Shown one piece after another: positions 51,299 to 60,775 of a stretch of 64,000 nt of DNA (its first letter is position 1; each line of letters opens with the position of its first letter). The notes below the pieces were generated by a model that worked only from the letters and a program-made list of their open reading frames with translations, searched no databases and had not been told where the DNA came from. Where the stretch lies: positions 1,568,001 to 1,632,000 of the forward strand of contig CAWJWJ010000002.1 of assembly GCA_963846575.1 (NCBI GenBank), written 5' to 3'. This stretch comes from an uncultured Nitrospiraceae bacterium (GTDB lineage: Bacteria; Nitrospirota; Nitrospiria; Nitrospirales; Nitrospiraceae). The position numbers were made by a program, and so were the translations under genes.

Positions 51299-52348
51299 AT
51301 GGGCACCATCGCCATGCGCGTGCCGTCGGCGGTCTCGCCCCCTCCGGCGCCCGAGAAGGAACTCGCACCGCGCGCCGTGCTGATCGTGGACGACGAGCCG
51401 GCCATCTGTTTGCTGCTGACGGAAATGCTGCGCTCCACCGGTCATCCCGTCCTTACCGCAAGCTCGGCGGAAGAGGCCCTCACGCAGTTGCGTACGCGAC
51501 CGGTGGCGGTCCTGATCGTCGATGTGCAATTGGCCACCAGTGATGGAATCGATTTCCTGGAACGAGCCCTGGATGTCGATAGCCGCGTTCTGAGCATCGT
51601 GATGACCGGGCATGCCAACATCGAGCTGGCCGTCCGCGCCATGAAGGCCGGGGCGGCCGATTTTCTGACCAAACCTTTCCAGATTGAACTGGTGCACCTG
51701 GCCGTCTCCCGCCTTTTGGAGCTCTACCGCCTGCGCCAGGAAAATACCGTGCTGACCCGCAGCCTGATCCGTTCCGGCAACATTCAGTTACGCACCGTAC
51801 CGTTGGCGGACTTCAGCCGGGGGAACCGGTTGTTCGGAACCGACGATGCCACGGAGTTCGAACGGGGAGTCGCGGAAGGGGAAAAGCGCGTGACCGAGCG
51901 GGTTTCGGCCATGCGGCAGAAAGAGCAGGCCCTGGTGGCGGCGCTCATGGGACAATTGGAAGACACCTGGCGCGGGCTGCACGATACGGTGGAAGAGGAG
52001 GTCGCCTCGTTAGCCTTCATGATCGCGCAAAAGGTGCTGCGGGATTTCGTCGCCGATCGCCGCGACGTCATCGTGGCGCAGGTACGGGCGGCCCTCGCCC
52101 ATCTCCACGAAAGCGGGCTCGTGCGGATCCGGATCCATCCCTCCGACCTCCCGGTGTTGGAGTCCGCCCGAACGGCATTGAGCCAAACTCCGCACGGTCT
52201 GCTGAGTTTAAAATTCGAAACCGATCCGGGCATCAGCCCGGGAGGTTGCCTCGTGCACGCCTCCAGCCTGCTGATCGATGCCACTCTGGACACGCAGCTG
52301 CTGCGCCTCGGTGAAGCGTTGCGAAAGCGAGAAACCGGTGAAGCTTAG
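51299..52348 (+). CDS. fliH: Receiver domain fused to flagellar export protein FliH
   Basis: N-terminal REC (VLIVDDE, IVDVQL, MTGH, TKPF); C-terminal FliH (FERGVAEG, IRIHPSDL, D..ISPGGCLV....IDATLDTQL); located between fliG and fliI. Confidence 0.88.
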   Translation: MGTIAMRVPSAVSPPPAPEKELAPRAVLIVDDEPAICLLLTEMLRSTGHPVLTASSAEEALTQLRTRPVAVLIVDVQLATSDGIDFLERALDVDSRVLSIVMTGHANIELAVRAMKAGAADFLTKPFQIELVHLAVSRLLELYRLRQENTVLTRSLIRSGNIQLRTVPLADFSRGNRLFGTDDATEFERGVAEGEKRVTERVSAMRQKEQALVAALMGQLEDTWRGLHDTVEEEVASLAFMIAQKVLRDFVADRRDVIVAQVRAALAHLHESGLVRIRIHPSDLPVLESARTALSQTPHGLLSLKFETDPGISPGGCLVHASSLLIDATLDTQLLRLGEALRKRETGEA

Positions 52349-53645
52349 CGAACGTCTCGAGCAGGTGGAGCCGCTCTCCGTGACCGGCCGTGTCGCCCAG
52401 GCGGTCGGCATCGTGATCGAAGCATCCGGCCCGTTCACGTCGGTCGGAGAAGTCTGCGAGATTACCAGGGAGGGCGGGCACGGCTCCGTGATGGCGGAGG
52501 TGGTCGGCTTCCGCGAAGATCGTGTCCTGTTGATGCCCCTGGGGGAAATGCAGGGCATCGGGCCGGGGAGTCGTGTCGTCATGAAAGGCCACGTCGCCTC
52601 CGTACCGGTGGGGCCGCAAATGCTGGGCCGTATTTTTGACGGGCTCGGTCATCCGCTGGACGGCATGCCGGCGATACGTAGCGATGTACGGGTGCCGCTC
52701 TACGCCGCGCCCCTCAATCCTCTGCACCGGGCCCGGATCACTCAGCCGGTCGATCTGGGCATCCGGGCCATCAACGCGCTCCTCACCTGCGGCCAGGGTC
52801 AAAAGATCGGGGTGTTTGCCGGGTCCGGTGTCGGCAAAAGCGTTCTCCTGGGAATGATCAGTCGCTATACCCAGGCAGACGTCAGAGTCATCGCCCTGGT
52901 CGGCGAGCGGGGGCGGGAAGTCAAAGAGTTTCTCGAACGCGACCTGACGCCGGAGGCCCGCGCCCGGTCGGTTGTTGTCGTGGCCACCTCCGACCAGCCG
53001 CCCCTGGTGCGGATCCGCGGCGCGCTGGTGGCGACGGCGATCGCCGAATATTTTCGCGACCGCGGAAAACATGTGCTGCTGATGATGGACTCCTTGTCCA
53101 GACTGGCGTACAGCCAGCGCGAAGTCGGGCTGGCCATCGGCGAACCGCCGACCACCAAAGGGTATACGCCGTCGGTCTTTGCAGTCCTGCCCAAACTGCT
53201 TGAACGGGTGGGACCGGCTCAGAGCGGAGGCAGCATCACCGGCCTCTATACCGTACTGGTGGACGGAGACGACCTCAATGACCCCGTGGCCGATGCCGTG
53301 CGGTCGATTCTCGACGGGCATATCGTCTTGTCTCGTGAACTCGCTGCGAGGAATCACTTTCCCGCCATCGATATCCTTCAGAGCACCAGCCGGGTCATGC
53401 GGGACATCGTGACCCCGGCGCACTATGCCGCTGCGAGAATGGTGCTCGAACGCACCGCGCTGTATCGACGATCCGAAGATCTGATCACGCTGGGCGCGTA
53501 CAAGCCGGGCACCAGTAAAGAGCTGGACAAAGCGGTGGCCGCGCACGACGGCATCACAGGGTTTCTGCGTCAGGAAATTCAGGAGCCGATCGGGTTCGGG
53601 CAATCGCTCGACGCCCTGCAGGCGCTGGCGGGGAAAATCCAATGA
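52338..53645 (+). CDS. fliI: Flagellum-specific ATPase FliI
   Basis: FAGSGVGKS, VGERGREV, MDSL.R.A..QREVGLA.GEPP.TKGY.PS, D..RSILDGHIVL. Confidence 0.97.
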   Translation: MKLSERLEQVEPLSVTGRVAQAVGIVIEASGPFTSVGEVCEITREGGHGSVMAEVVGFREDRVLLMPLGEMQGIGPGSRVVMKGHVASVPVGPQMLGRIFDGLGHPLDGMPAIRSDVRVPLYAAPLNPLHRARITQPVDLGIRAINALLTCGQGQKIGVFAGSGVGKSVLLGMISRYTQADVRVIALVGERGREVKEFLERDLTPEARARSVVVVATSDQPPLVRIRGALVATAIAEYFRDRGKHVLLMMDSLSRLAYSQREVGLAIGEPPTTKGYTPSVFAVLPKLLERVGPAQSGGSITGLYTVLVDGDDLNDPVADAVRSILDGHIVLSRELAARNHFPAIDILQSTSRVMRDIVTPAHYAAARMVLERTALYRRSEDLITLGAYKPGTSKELDKAVAAHDGITGFLRQEIQEPIGFGQSLDALQALAGKIQ

Positions 53646-54082
53646 ACCTCGCGGTGCTGCGTACTTACGCGTTGCAGCTCGAAGAAGTCGCCAAGCTTGA
53701 ACTGGCCGACCTTTCCCGGGCGTTGCAGCATACCGTCTCACGAATGGCGGCGATGGAAGCACAGGCCCACGCGGATGCCGACCGGTATGTGTCGTTGATG
53801 CAGGAAGGCAGCACGGTTGCCCAGGCGTACAGTCAGCTCGACGCGATGGATCAGGCCATCTCTGCCCGCAAAGGAATGGAACAGGCTCATGCCGGCCAGC
53901 AGGTGCAATGGACGGCGAAACGAGACGAACTGATCGAAGCCATGCAGTATCGGAAAAAACTCGATCTTCTGTGCACGCGTGCGGTGCAGGAACATCGCCG
54001 TCGTCAGGAACGGCAGGACCAACAGCTGCTCGACGAGCGGGCGTGGCGACGGCTTCCTCCATCGCCTGGAGGGCGGCCATGA
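53642..54082 (+). CDS. fliJ: Flagellar export protein FliJ
   Basis: 146-aa coiled-coil ORF after fliI ending with Q..LDE.A. Confidence 0.8.
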   Translation: MNLAVLRTYALQLEEVAKLELADLSRALQHTVSRMAAMEAQAHADADRYVSLMQEGSTVAQAYSQLDAMDQAISARKGMEQAHAGQQVQWTAKRDELIEAMQYRKKLDLLCTRAVQEHRRRQERQDQQLLDERAWRRLPPSPGGRP

Positions 54083-54720
54083 CCTTGCGTCGAGTCCACG
54101 GCAGGGCGGGTCGTCGATGGCATCCGCTCTTCCGGATAGGCCGGTCGATCCTCGGTTGCGTCCTGGCGGGGATCGTCTCCACCGCATCCCCGGCCGCGGA
54201 GCCGGAGGAATCCCAGACCGATTCTGTCACTTCGGAAGATGACGCTCTGCCTCCAGGCCTTACACCCACCGTACAAGGCCCTGCCATCAGCGCCCCGCGG
54301 GAAGTGCTCCACATGCTGGAACAACGCAGGCGTTTTCTGGATAAGCGAGAGGCGGCGCTGCGCGGGGCCGATACCCGCTTGATGGAGTTGAAGGCGGAAC
54401 TTGAGCAGATCGTTACGCGTCATGAAAAAATAGTCGAAGCGGAGAAGAAACGCGCGCAAGCGGCGGACGTGGCCAAAGCGGCCGGATCGAAGGATCCCCG
54501 TAACGCCGGAGGTCCGCGCAACGTGAATCAGGCGCAGTTGGCGAAAATCTACGAGGCGATGCCGCCGGAAGAGGCGGCCGCGCGGCTCGAACGAATGCCC
54601 GAGCGCAAAGCGCTGGAAGTCCTGCGGCTCCTCAAGGGTAAATCCGCGGGCTCGATTCTCGCTGAAGTCAAACCCGATCGTGCCGCCCGCCTGACCGAGC
54701 AATTGTTGACGGCCCCGTAA
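54079..54720 (+). CDS. MotE/FlbB-like (MgtE N-terminal domain) flagellar protein
   Basis: Signal/TM, coiled coil and LAKIYEAM.PEEAA..L......A..IL..V.PD.AA.L; position after fliJ. Confidence 0.8.
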   Translation: MTLRRVHGRAGRRWHPLFRIGRSILGCVLAGIVSTASPAAEPEESQTDSVTSEDDALPPGLTPTVQGPAISAPREVLHMLEQRRRFLDKREAALRGADTRLMELKAELEQIVTRHEKIVEAEKKRAQAADVAKAAGSKDPRNAGGPRNVNQAQLAKIYEAMPPEEAAARLERMPERKALEVLRLLKGKSAGSILAEVKPDRAARLTEQLLTAP

Positions 54721-54848
54721 CCAAGGCCCGCCGGTAGTCCGGCAGGTTTTGCCGCCGAGTCCTGCAGAAACTTCCTGGTTATCCCCTGTTCCTCTCCACC
54801 ATGTTCCAAAACTCCTGTGTCAGAGCGGGTTTTCGCGCCAGCGAAAGG

Positions 54849-54864
54849 TGGCATGGCCCTTGTA
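54849..54864 (+). promoter_or_regulatory. Probable sigma54 promoter (variant -12) for fliK-flgD-flgE
   Basis: TGGCATGGCCCTTGTA: perfect -24 element, TTGTA instead of TTGCA. Confidence 0.45.
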
Positions 54865-54912
54865 AAGGTGTTCCCTGGTTACGCACAGAACCAGCGACAC
54901 AAGAGAACACCT

Positions 54913-56499
54913 ATGGCCACCGACGTGCAGCCCTTCCTGAATAGCACCGTAGGCGGGGCGACTCGCCCTGCGACTGGCGCGCGAGAGCACCAGGCCGCAT
55001 CAGCAGGCTCTTCAGACAGGGATTTCGGAAGCATGCTGGAAACGGCGCAGGCCCGGCAAACAGGGTCGGGGCAGGAGTCGGAGGGCACGAAACCACGTCC
55101 GGCCGACCACCCCCGTAATCTCATCCAGGCCGCGACTCATTCACCGTCCGGGCACTCGACGCCTCCTGCTGCTCAAATCCTCGACGGCTCTGCCGGCCGG
55201 ACGGAACTTTCGGAATCAGCACAACCGGAGGATTCCGGCGAAGGACCGGAGCCGATCCGGTCCGAGATCCCCACGCTCTCTCATCAGGCCGTCGCCTTGT
55301 CTCCCGAGATGCTGCTGGCCGCCGGACTCGTTCCGCAGCCCCTGACAGAAGCGCAGGCCACCACGCCCGCGCCTGCTCCATCCGCTGAAGAACCTCATGT
55401 TGCCGACGCAACCGTGGATAGAAAACCCTCGGGCACGCCGCGGACGCCCGTTACCGCCGATCCGACGTTCGCGCAATCCAATGCCGATATGCCACGCGTC
55501 ACAACGCCGCCGCCGGCTCAGACGGCCGGGTCCGTCACGGTCGATGCGATCACGAAACATGCTCCCGCACCATCCGCTCATCCGGTGAAAGCGGCCGACG
55601 TTCCCACAGCCCCGACTGTCGATCCAGAAGCCGCGCCCTTGGTGGACCGCAACACCCAGGCCGAACCCCTGGAGACCCTCCTCAATCCGACCGATGCGTC
55701 ATCCACCGCCACCTCCATCGATCCGGACAAGGTCACCTCATCGATCACGAGGTTCGGCTCGCAGATCACGCCCAAACCCGCATCGGGAACCGAGACGGCG
55801 GATCGCAGCCACCTTGAATCCCCGCCGGATGCCCCCTTGCGCACCAGCGATGCTGCAACCGGCCAGACGACTGCGGGTGCCGACCAGTTCCTGGAACGGG
55901 ATGACCAGCCGTCCTCCGAATCACGGGAGGGGACGACGCATTCCAGATCCCCCGTTCCGCTCACCGAGGACAAAACGATCCGGCCGCAGGTTCCGGATGC
56001 GGCGACCGGAATCAATGCATCCGCCCCTCCCTCCCACGACAGGCCGGCCGAACGGGAGGTTACGGGACAGCCGGCTCTTGCCCATGCCTCGGAAACCGAA
56101 CGGCTTAACGAGCTTCGAGGGTCCTATCCTTCGGCGCAGACTGTGACGCTGGACCTGGATCCGTTGGATATGGGGCCCCTCAGGGTCCGCATCATGATGA
56201 CCGAGCAAACCGTTCACGCCCATATCCGCACCGAACATGGCGAGTTGGGACAAGGACTCTTGCAACAGGGCCAATCGTTGGAAGCCTCACTCCGGACGAC
56301 GGGCCTGGAGATGGGCATGTTGCGTGTGACGGTCGATCAACAGCAACAGGGGCGGGGTGACAACCCCTGGGTGTACCAGCAACAGCAGGGGCGGCCGGGG
56401 TCGGCATCCGCCGGGTCATCGGGAATGAGGGAAGAGGATCGAGGAGCTCGAAGTGAGACGGAGTTATACAACAATGGGCGGGTGAGTTTTTTCGCCTGA
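54913..56499 (+). CDS. fliK: Flagellar hook-length control protein FliK
   Basis: Long P/A/T/S-rich region then C-terminal L.L.P..MG.L.V......V.A.I domain; precedes flgD. Confidence 0.88.
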   Translation: MATDVQPFLNSTVGGATRPATGAREHQAASAGSSDRDFGSMLETAQARQTGSGQESEGTKPRPADHPRNLIQAATHSPSGHSTPPAAQILDGSAGRTELSESAQPEDSGEGPEPIRSEIPTLSHQAVALSPEMLLAAGLVPQPLTEAQATTPAPAPSAEEPHVADATVDRKPSGTPRTPVTADPTFAQSNADMPRVTTPPPAQTAGSVTVDAITKHAPAPSAHPVKAADVPTAPTVDPEAAPLVDRNTQAEPLETLLNPTDASSTATSIDPDKVTSSITRFGSQITPKPASGTETADRSHLESPPDAPLRTSDAATGQTTAGADQFLERDDQPSSESREGTTHSRSPVPLTEDKTIRPQVPDAATGINASAPPSHDRPAEREVTGQPALAHASETERLNELRGSYPSAQTVTLDLDPLDMGPLRVRIMMTEQTVHAHIRTEHGELGQGLLQQGQSLEASLRTTGLEMGMLRVTVDQQQQGRGDNPWVYQQQQGRPGSASAGSSGMREEDRGARSETELYNNGRVSFFA

Positions 56500-56510
56500 T
56501 CGGAGGACGT

Positions 56511-56804
56511 ATGGATTTCAGCAAGTTGATTACCCAGACCAGCGCAGCGGACCCGGCGAGCACCCCGACAGTCAACGGCCAGAAGACTTTGGGGCAACAG
56601 GATTTTCTAAAGTTGCTGCTGACCCAGCTTCAAAACCAGGATCCCTTAAAACCCGTCGAAGACAAGGAATTTATCGCGCAGACGGCTCAGTTCTCCCAGC
56701 TGGATCAGATGACCAGGCTGGTGTCCCTGATGGAAAAGAGTGTCGCCCTTCAGGAGTCGGCCCAGGGTAAAGACCCCAAAGCCGCGACCGCCGTGACGGC
56801 GTAA
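56511..56804 (+). CDS. flgD: Flagellar hook capping protein FlgD (short form)
   Basis: [22 protein letters not shown]....[10 protein letters not shown]. Confidence 0.93.
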   Translation: MDFSKLITQTSAADPASTPTVNGQKTLGQQDFLKLLLTQLQNQDPLKPVEDKEFIAQTAQFSQLDQMTRLVSLMEKSVALQESAQGKDPKAATAVTA

Positions 56805-56872
56805 CCCGGTTCACCTGACAACTCGATCGGATTCGGCATCGTACAAGGCTCGGCAACAAGGAGGATCGCAGC

Positions 56873-58096
56873 ATGGGTATTCTTACTTCGATGTTTACCG
56901 CAGTGACCGGATTGAGTACTTACGGCAATGCCATGGGCGTGATCGGGAACAATATTGCGAACATCGGAACCGCGGGGTTCAAGTCCGGCCGGGCGACCTT
57001 TGCAGACCTGATATCATCCAGCGTCTCCGGGGCGACCGGCGGGGGGCAGGTCGGCCTTGGCGTGTACATGAACGATGTTCAAAAGAATTTTACGCAGGGG
57101 TCGATGACGACCACGGGCAATACGTTCGACCTGGCAATCGATGGCACCGGGTTCTACCTGCTACGGAATAACTCGGGCACCAATCTGTACTCGCGTGCCG
57201 GTCAATTCAAGGTCGACAATCTCGGACAAATCACGGATTCGAGCGGCGCCCTGCTGCAGGGGTATCAGGCGGATGTGAACGGCAACATTACCAGCACGGT
57301 TGGAAACATCACCCTGTCGGCGAGCGCCGTCGCCCCGCAGTCGACGAGCACGGTCACGATCCTCGGCAATCTTGATGCGAGCGATACGGTTCCCACGGCT
57401 ACCTTCGCGACAACCGACACCACCTCCTATAACTTCTCGACGGGAACCACCTTCTATGACTCCTTGGGGAATTCCCATCAGATGCAGCTCTACTTTCGCA
57501 AGACGGCTTCCAACACGTGGGGAGTGTACTCGCAGATCGACGGCGGAACGGCGACCGCCCAAACCAGCATGACGTTCAACGCATCCGGGGCGGTAACGGC
57601 CGGCGGATCGCAAACCGTTTCCGCGACATTGACTTCCGGCGCGACCACCCCTCAGACATTGACCGTGAGCCTGGCCGGTCTCACGCAATTCGGTACCCCC
57701 TCCGGCATCATCAGCAACGTACAAAACGGATTCGGGGCGGGAACGTTGGAAAAGATCAGCGTCGATAAACAGGGACAGGTCGTCGCCCAGTTCACCAATG
57801 GACAGACCAAGGCTCTGGCTCAAGTCGTCCTGAACCGTTTCACCAATCCCGATGGCCTGATCAGCGCGGGCGACAACCACTTCACCGAAACCGTCGCATC
57901 CGGCGCGGCCTTGTCCGGAGCGCCCACCGTGAATGGAATGGGCCAGATTCTGTCCGGGACCGTCGAGCAGTCCAACGTGGATCTCGGCAAGGAGTTCGTG
58001 GACATGATCATCACGCAACGTGCGTTTCAAGCCAATTCGCGCGCCATCACGACCAGCGATGAAATGTTGCAGGAACTCGTGAATCTCAAGCGATAA
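56873..58096 (+). CDS. flgE: Flagellar hook protein FlgE
   Basis: VIGNNIAN..T.GFK, DLAIDG.G, Y.RAG.F and EQSNVDL..EFVDMIITQRAFQANSR.ITT.D. Confidence 0.96.
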   Translation: MGILTSMFTAVTGLSTYGNAMGVIGNNIANIGTAGFKSGRATFADLISSSVSGATGGGQVGLGVYMNDVQKNFTQGSMTTTGNTFDLAIDGTGFYLLRNNSGTNLYSRAGQFKVDNLGQITDSSGALLQGYQADVNGNITSTVGNITLSASAVAPQSTSTVTILGNLDASDTVPTATFATTDTTSYNFSTGTTFYDSLGNSHQMQLYFRKTASNTWGVYSQIDGGTATAQTSMTFNASGAVTAGGSQTVSATLTSGATTPQTLTVSLAGLTQFGTPSGIISNVQNGFGAGTLEKISVDKQGQVVAQFTNGQTKALAQVVLNRFTNPDGLISAGDNHFTETVASGAALSGAPTVNGMGQILSGTVEQSNVDLGKEFVDMIITQRAFQANSRAITTSDEMLQELVNLKR

Positions 58097-58104
58097 CCGG
58101 GCAG

Positions 58105-58137
58105 GTCCGGCGCGCCTCACACGAGCGCGCGCCGGAC
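58105..58137 (+). terminator. GC-rich hairpin after flgE
   Basis: GTCCGGCGCGC...GCGCGCCGGAC 11-bp stem; no strong U tract. Confidence 0.45.
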
Positions 58138-58361
58138 ACCGGGTCGGCAATTTCTACCTAGTTCCTTCCGCACTTCATCACTCTCGACCGCCTTCGTATC
58201 TTCGTCAACATTCTGTCGGCCCGCGAAAGCCTCGCGTCACCTCGCTGACGAGCACTCCACACACCGCACCATTCACAGGCCCTGCGACACGAAAATCCCG
58301 CGTTTCCTCACGATCTGTGACCAATTGCGAAGGGGCCGCCACATCCCCATGCCTTGCCGCG

Positions 58362-58377
58362 TGGCATATGCATTGCA
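58362..58377 (+). promoter_or_regulatory. Sigma54 promoter of the fliL operon
   Basis: TGGCATATGCATTGCA, near-consensus GG-N10-GC. Confidence 0.8.
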
Positions 58378-58419
58378 CCACTGACGGGCTCCGGCAACCA
58401 CTGTCCGCAGGAGGTTCGT

Positions 58420-58956
58420 ATGGCAGCAGAAGCAGCAGAAGAGAAGGTGCTTCCGGTTCCAGTGGGGATGCCCATCAAGATGGTCCTCATCCTGGTCGGG
58501 GGGACGCTCGTCCTCGCATTGGGCGGAGCGTTTACGATGTTTAAATTGATGGGGTCCTCGGGCGACAAGCCGGCCGCGGAAGCCGCATCGGTGGAAAAGC
58601 CGGCTGCCCACGGGGAAGCCGAGTCCAAAGCCGGGGGACATGCGGGGGCCGAGGCCGGGGCGATTGCCGACCTGGATCCCTTCATCGTGAATCTCGCCGA
58701 TTCGCCGGAGGTGCGGTACCTCAAGGTCACCATGAAGTTGGAACTGACCCATGCGTCGGCCGCCGAGGACATCACGGCCCGTACCCCTCAAATCCGCGAC
58801 GCGATCCTCGTGTTGCTGACCAGCCTTGATTCCGTGACCGCCCGTTCTCCGCAAGGAAAACATAAGTTGCGCGAGGACGTGACGCAACGCATCAACGGCC
58901 TGCTTCCCAAAAAGTCGGTCAAGACAGCCTATTTCACGGATTTCGTCATTCAGTAG
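58420..58956 (+). CDS. fliL: Flagellar basal body-associated protein FliL
   Basis: One TM, L.PFIVNLAD...RYLK, P.IRDAI..LL, GK..L...IN and YFTDFVIQ. Confidence 0.95.
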   Translation: MAAEAAEEKVLPVPVGMPIKMVLILVGGTLVLALGGAFTMFKLMGSSGDKPAAEAASVEKPAAHGEAESKAGGHAGAEAGAIADLDPFIVNLADSPEVRYLKVTMKLELTHASAAEDITARTPQIRDAILVLLTSLDSVTARSPQGKHKLREDVTQRINGLLPKKSVKTAYFTDFVIQ

Positions 58957-58981
58957 CGTAACGGTACCGGCCGAGGACGTC

Positions 58982-59953
58982 ATGGACAAGATACTGTCGC
59001 AAGAGGAAATCGATGCCCTGATGGGCGGGGTGATGTCCGGCGACGTGGACACGGATCCGAAGGAGGTCGAGGATCCGAACGGAGTCAAGCCCTACAGCCT
59101 GACCCACCAGGAACGCATCATCCGCGGGCGCATGCCCACGATGGAAATGATCAACGACCGCTTTACGCGACAACAGTCCATCTCCTGGAGCGGCCTCTTG
59201 CGGGAGAAGATCGAATTCAGCGTGGTCAGCACTCAGATCATCAAGTTCGGGGATTTCGTCCAGAAGGTGCCGGTTCCGTCCTCGTTCAACCTGTTCATGA
59301 TGGAACCCCTGCGCGGCAACGGCCTCTACATCATGGACGCGATGCTGGTCTATCTCATCGTGGACTTCTTCTTCGGCGGAAAGGTGCAGACACATGTGAA
59401 GCCGGAGGGGAGAGAGTTCACGCCGATTCAGGTTCGTTTGGTCAAAAAGCTGGTGCAGCAGGCGCTCCTGGACCTGGAGAAGGCCTGGCAGGCGGTCATG
59501 CAAATGAAGATCGGCTATTGCCGGTCGGAGAGCAACCCGCAATTTGCCATGGTGGTCACGACGTCGGAGATCGTAGTGGTCGTGACCCTGCAGGTGCACC
59601 TGGGGGATATTTCCCGCGAAATGTTCATCGCCTATCCCTATTCCATGCTCGAACCCATCAAGGAAAAGCTCTATTCCGGCCTGTTTGCCGACAATGTCGA
59701 GCAGGACAGCAGCTGGGGCAGCCGTTTCAAGGATTCCTTGCAAGAGTGCGACGTCGCCATGACGGTGCAGTTGGGGACGGCGCGGATCAGCGTCCAGGAC
59801 CTGCTGAACTTCAACCCCGGCGATGTGCTGATGCTTGATCAACATCCCGGGGATCCCATGCTCTGTCTGGTGGAGGGCGATCCGAAGTTTGAAGGGCAGC
59901 CCGGTGTGTTTAAGGGAAACCACGCCTGTCGTGTCACCAGGGTACTGACCTAG
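58982..59953 (+). CDS. fliM: Flagellar motor switch protein FliM
   Basis: ILSQEEIDAL CheY-binding peptide, RMPT.E.IN.RF.R, FFGG, REFT.I and E.NPQFA. Confidence 0.97.
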   Translation: MDKILSQEEIDALMGGVMSGDVDTDPKEVEDPNGVKPYSLTHQERIIRGRMPTMEMINDRFTRQQSISWSGLLREKIEFSVVSTQIIKFGDFVQKVPVPSSFNLFMMEPLRGNGLYIMDAMLVYLIVDFFFGGKVQTHVKPEGREFTPIQVRLVKKLVQQALLDLEKAWQAVMQMKIGYCRSESNPQFAMVVTTSEIVVVVTLQVHLGDISREMFIAYPYSMLEPIKEKLYSGLFADNVEQDSSWGSRFKDSLQECDVAMTVQLGTARISVQDLLNFNPGDVLMLDQHPGDPMLCLVEGDPKFEGQPGVFKGNHACRVTRVLT

Positions 59954-59983
59954 TTTCGTGCCGGATTAAAAGGAGATCTGCAT

Positions 59984-60358
59984 ATGGCCAACGGCGACGC
60001 CACCGCACAGTCGGGTGCATCCCATACCGACAGCGGCGAGATGAATCCACAGCCGACATCGTTTCCTCCGGTCGACAATCAGAGTGCGATTCCCGCGAAC
60101 AAGAATATCGAGTTTGTGCTCGATATCCCCCTGCAGGTCACCGTGCAGATCGGCTCCACGCGCATGTTGATCCGTGAACTGCTTCAATTGGGACAGGGCT
60201 CCGTGATCGAACTGAATAAACTCGCGGGAGAACCGATGGAAGTGTTGGTGAATAATAAGCTGGTGGCGCGCGGGGAAGTCGTCGTGGTCAATGAAAAGTT
60301 CGGTATCCGCCTCACCGATGTGGTCAGCCCGAATCAGCGGATTCAACAGCTCGGCTAG
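59984..60358 (+). CDS. fliN: Flagellar motor switch protein FliN
   Basis: LDIPL.VTV..G......LL.L..GSVIEL.KLAGEP....VN....A.GEVVVVNEKFGIR. Confidence 0.97.
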   Translation: MANGDATAQSGASHTDSGEMNPQPTSFPPVDNQSAIPANKNIEFVLDIPLQVTVQIGSTRMLIRELLQLGQGSVIELNKLAGEPMEVLVNNKLVARGEVVVVNEKFGIRLTDVVSPNQRIQQLG

Positions 60359-60415
60359 CGACGGACGGCGTGGCAGTAACCGGTGTGATCCAGCGAGAGG
60401 GATGAACGGTCGCGT

Positions 60416-60775
60416 ATGGAACTCTGGGAAAGTGTGGTACGGATGGTGTCAGCGCTCGGAGTCGTTCTGGCGTTGATTTTAGGTCTTCTCGCGATTGCCC
60501 GTTCCGCCATCGGCCGCCGGTTTCTTCCCCTCAGCGGGACCCCCGCGGTCAAGATCCTGGCGAACAGTCCGCTGGGCTCGCGCAAACACGTCATGGTGGT
60601 CGCCGTGGCGGGAGAAGTGCTCATCCTGGGTACGACCGCGACCGACCTGGTGCCGCTCGGAAAAATCACCGATCCGGAGCAGGTGAAGCGTCTCCTGGCG
60701 GATGCCTCTCCTCTTTCACCGCCGGCCGTTCCCGGTCGTCCGGCTCATAGCCAGGAGGCCCCGCGTGTCTCCTAG
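60416..60775 (+). CDS. fliO: Flagellar biosynthesis protein FliO
   Basis: N-terminal TM then LG.RK.V.VV.V.GE.L.LG.T. Confidence 0.88.
   Translation: MELWESVVRMVSALGVVLALILGLLAIARSAIGRRFLPLSGTPAVKILANSPLGSRKHVMVVAVAGEVLILGTTATDLVPLGKITDPEQVKRLLADASPLSPPAVPGRPAHSQEAPRVS

Noticed and set aside
52233..54314. 693-aa minus-strand ORF, and similar long antisense ORFs at 45929-47173, 50345-51697, 57161-58150 and 58946-59923
   Set aside because: They lie opposite well-supported flagellar genes and have no motifs; typical antisense shadows of GC-rich coding DNA
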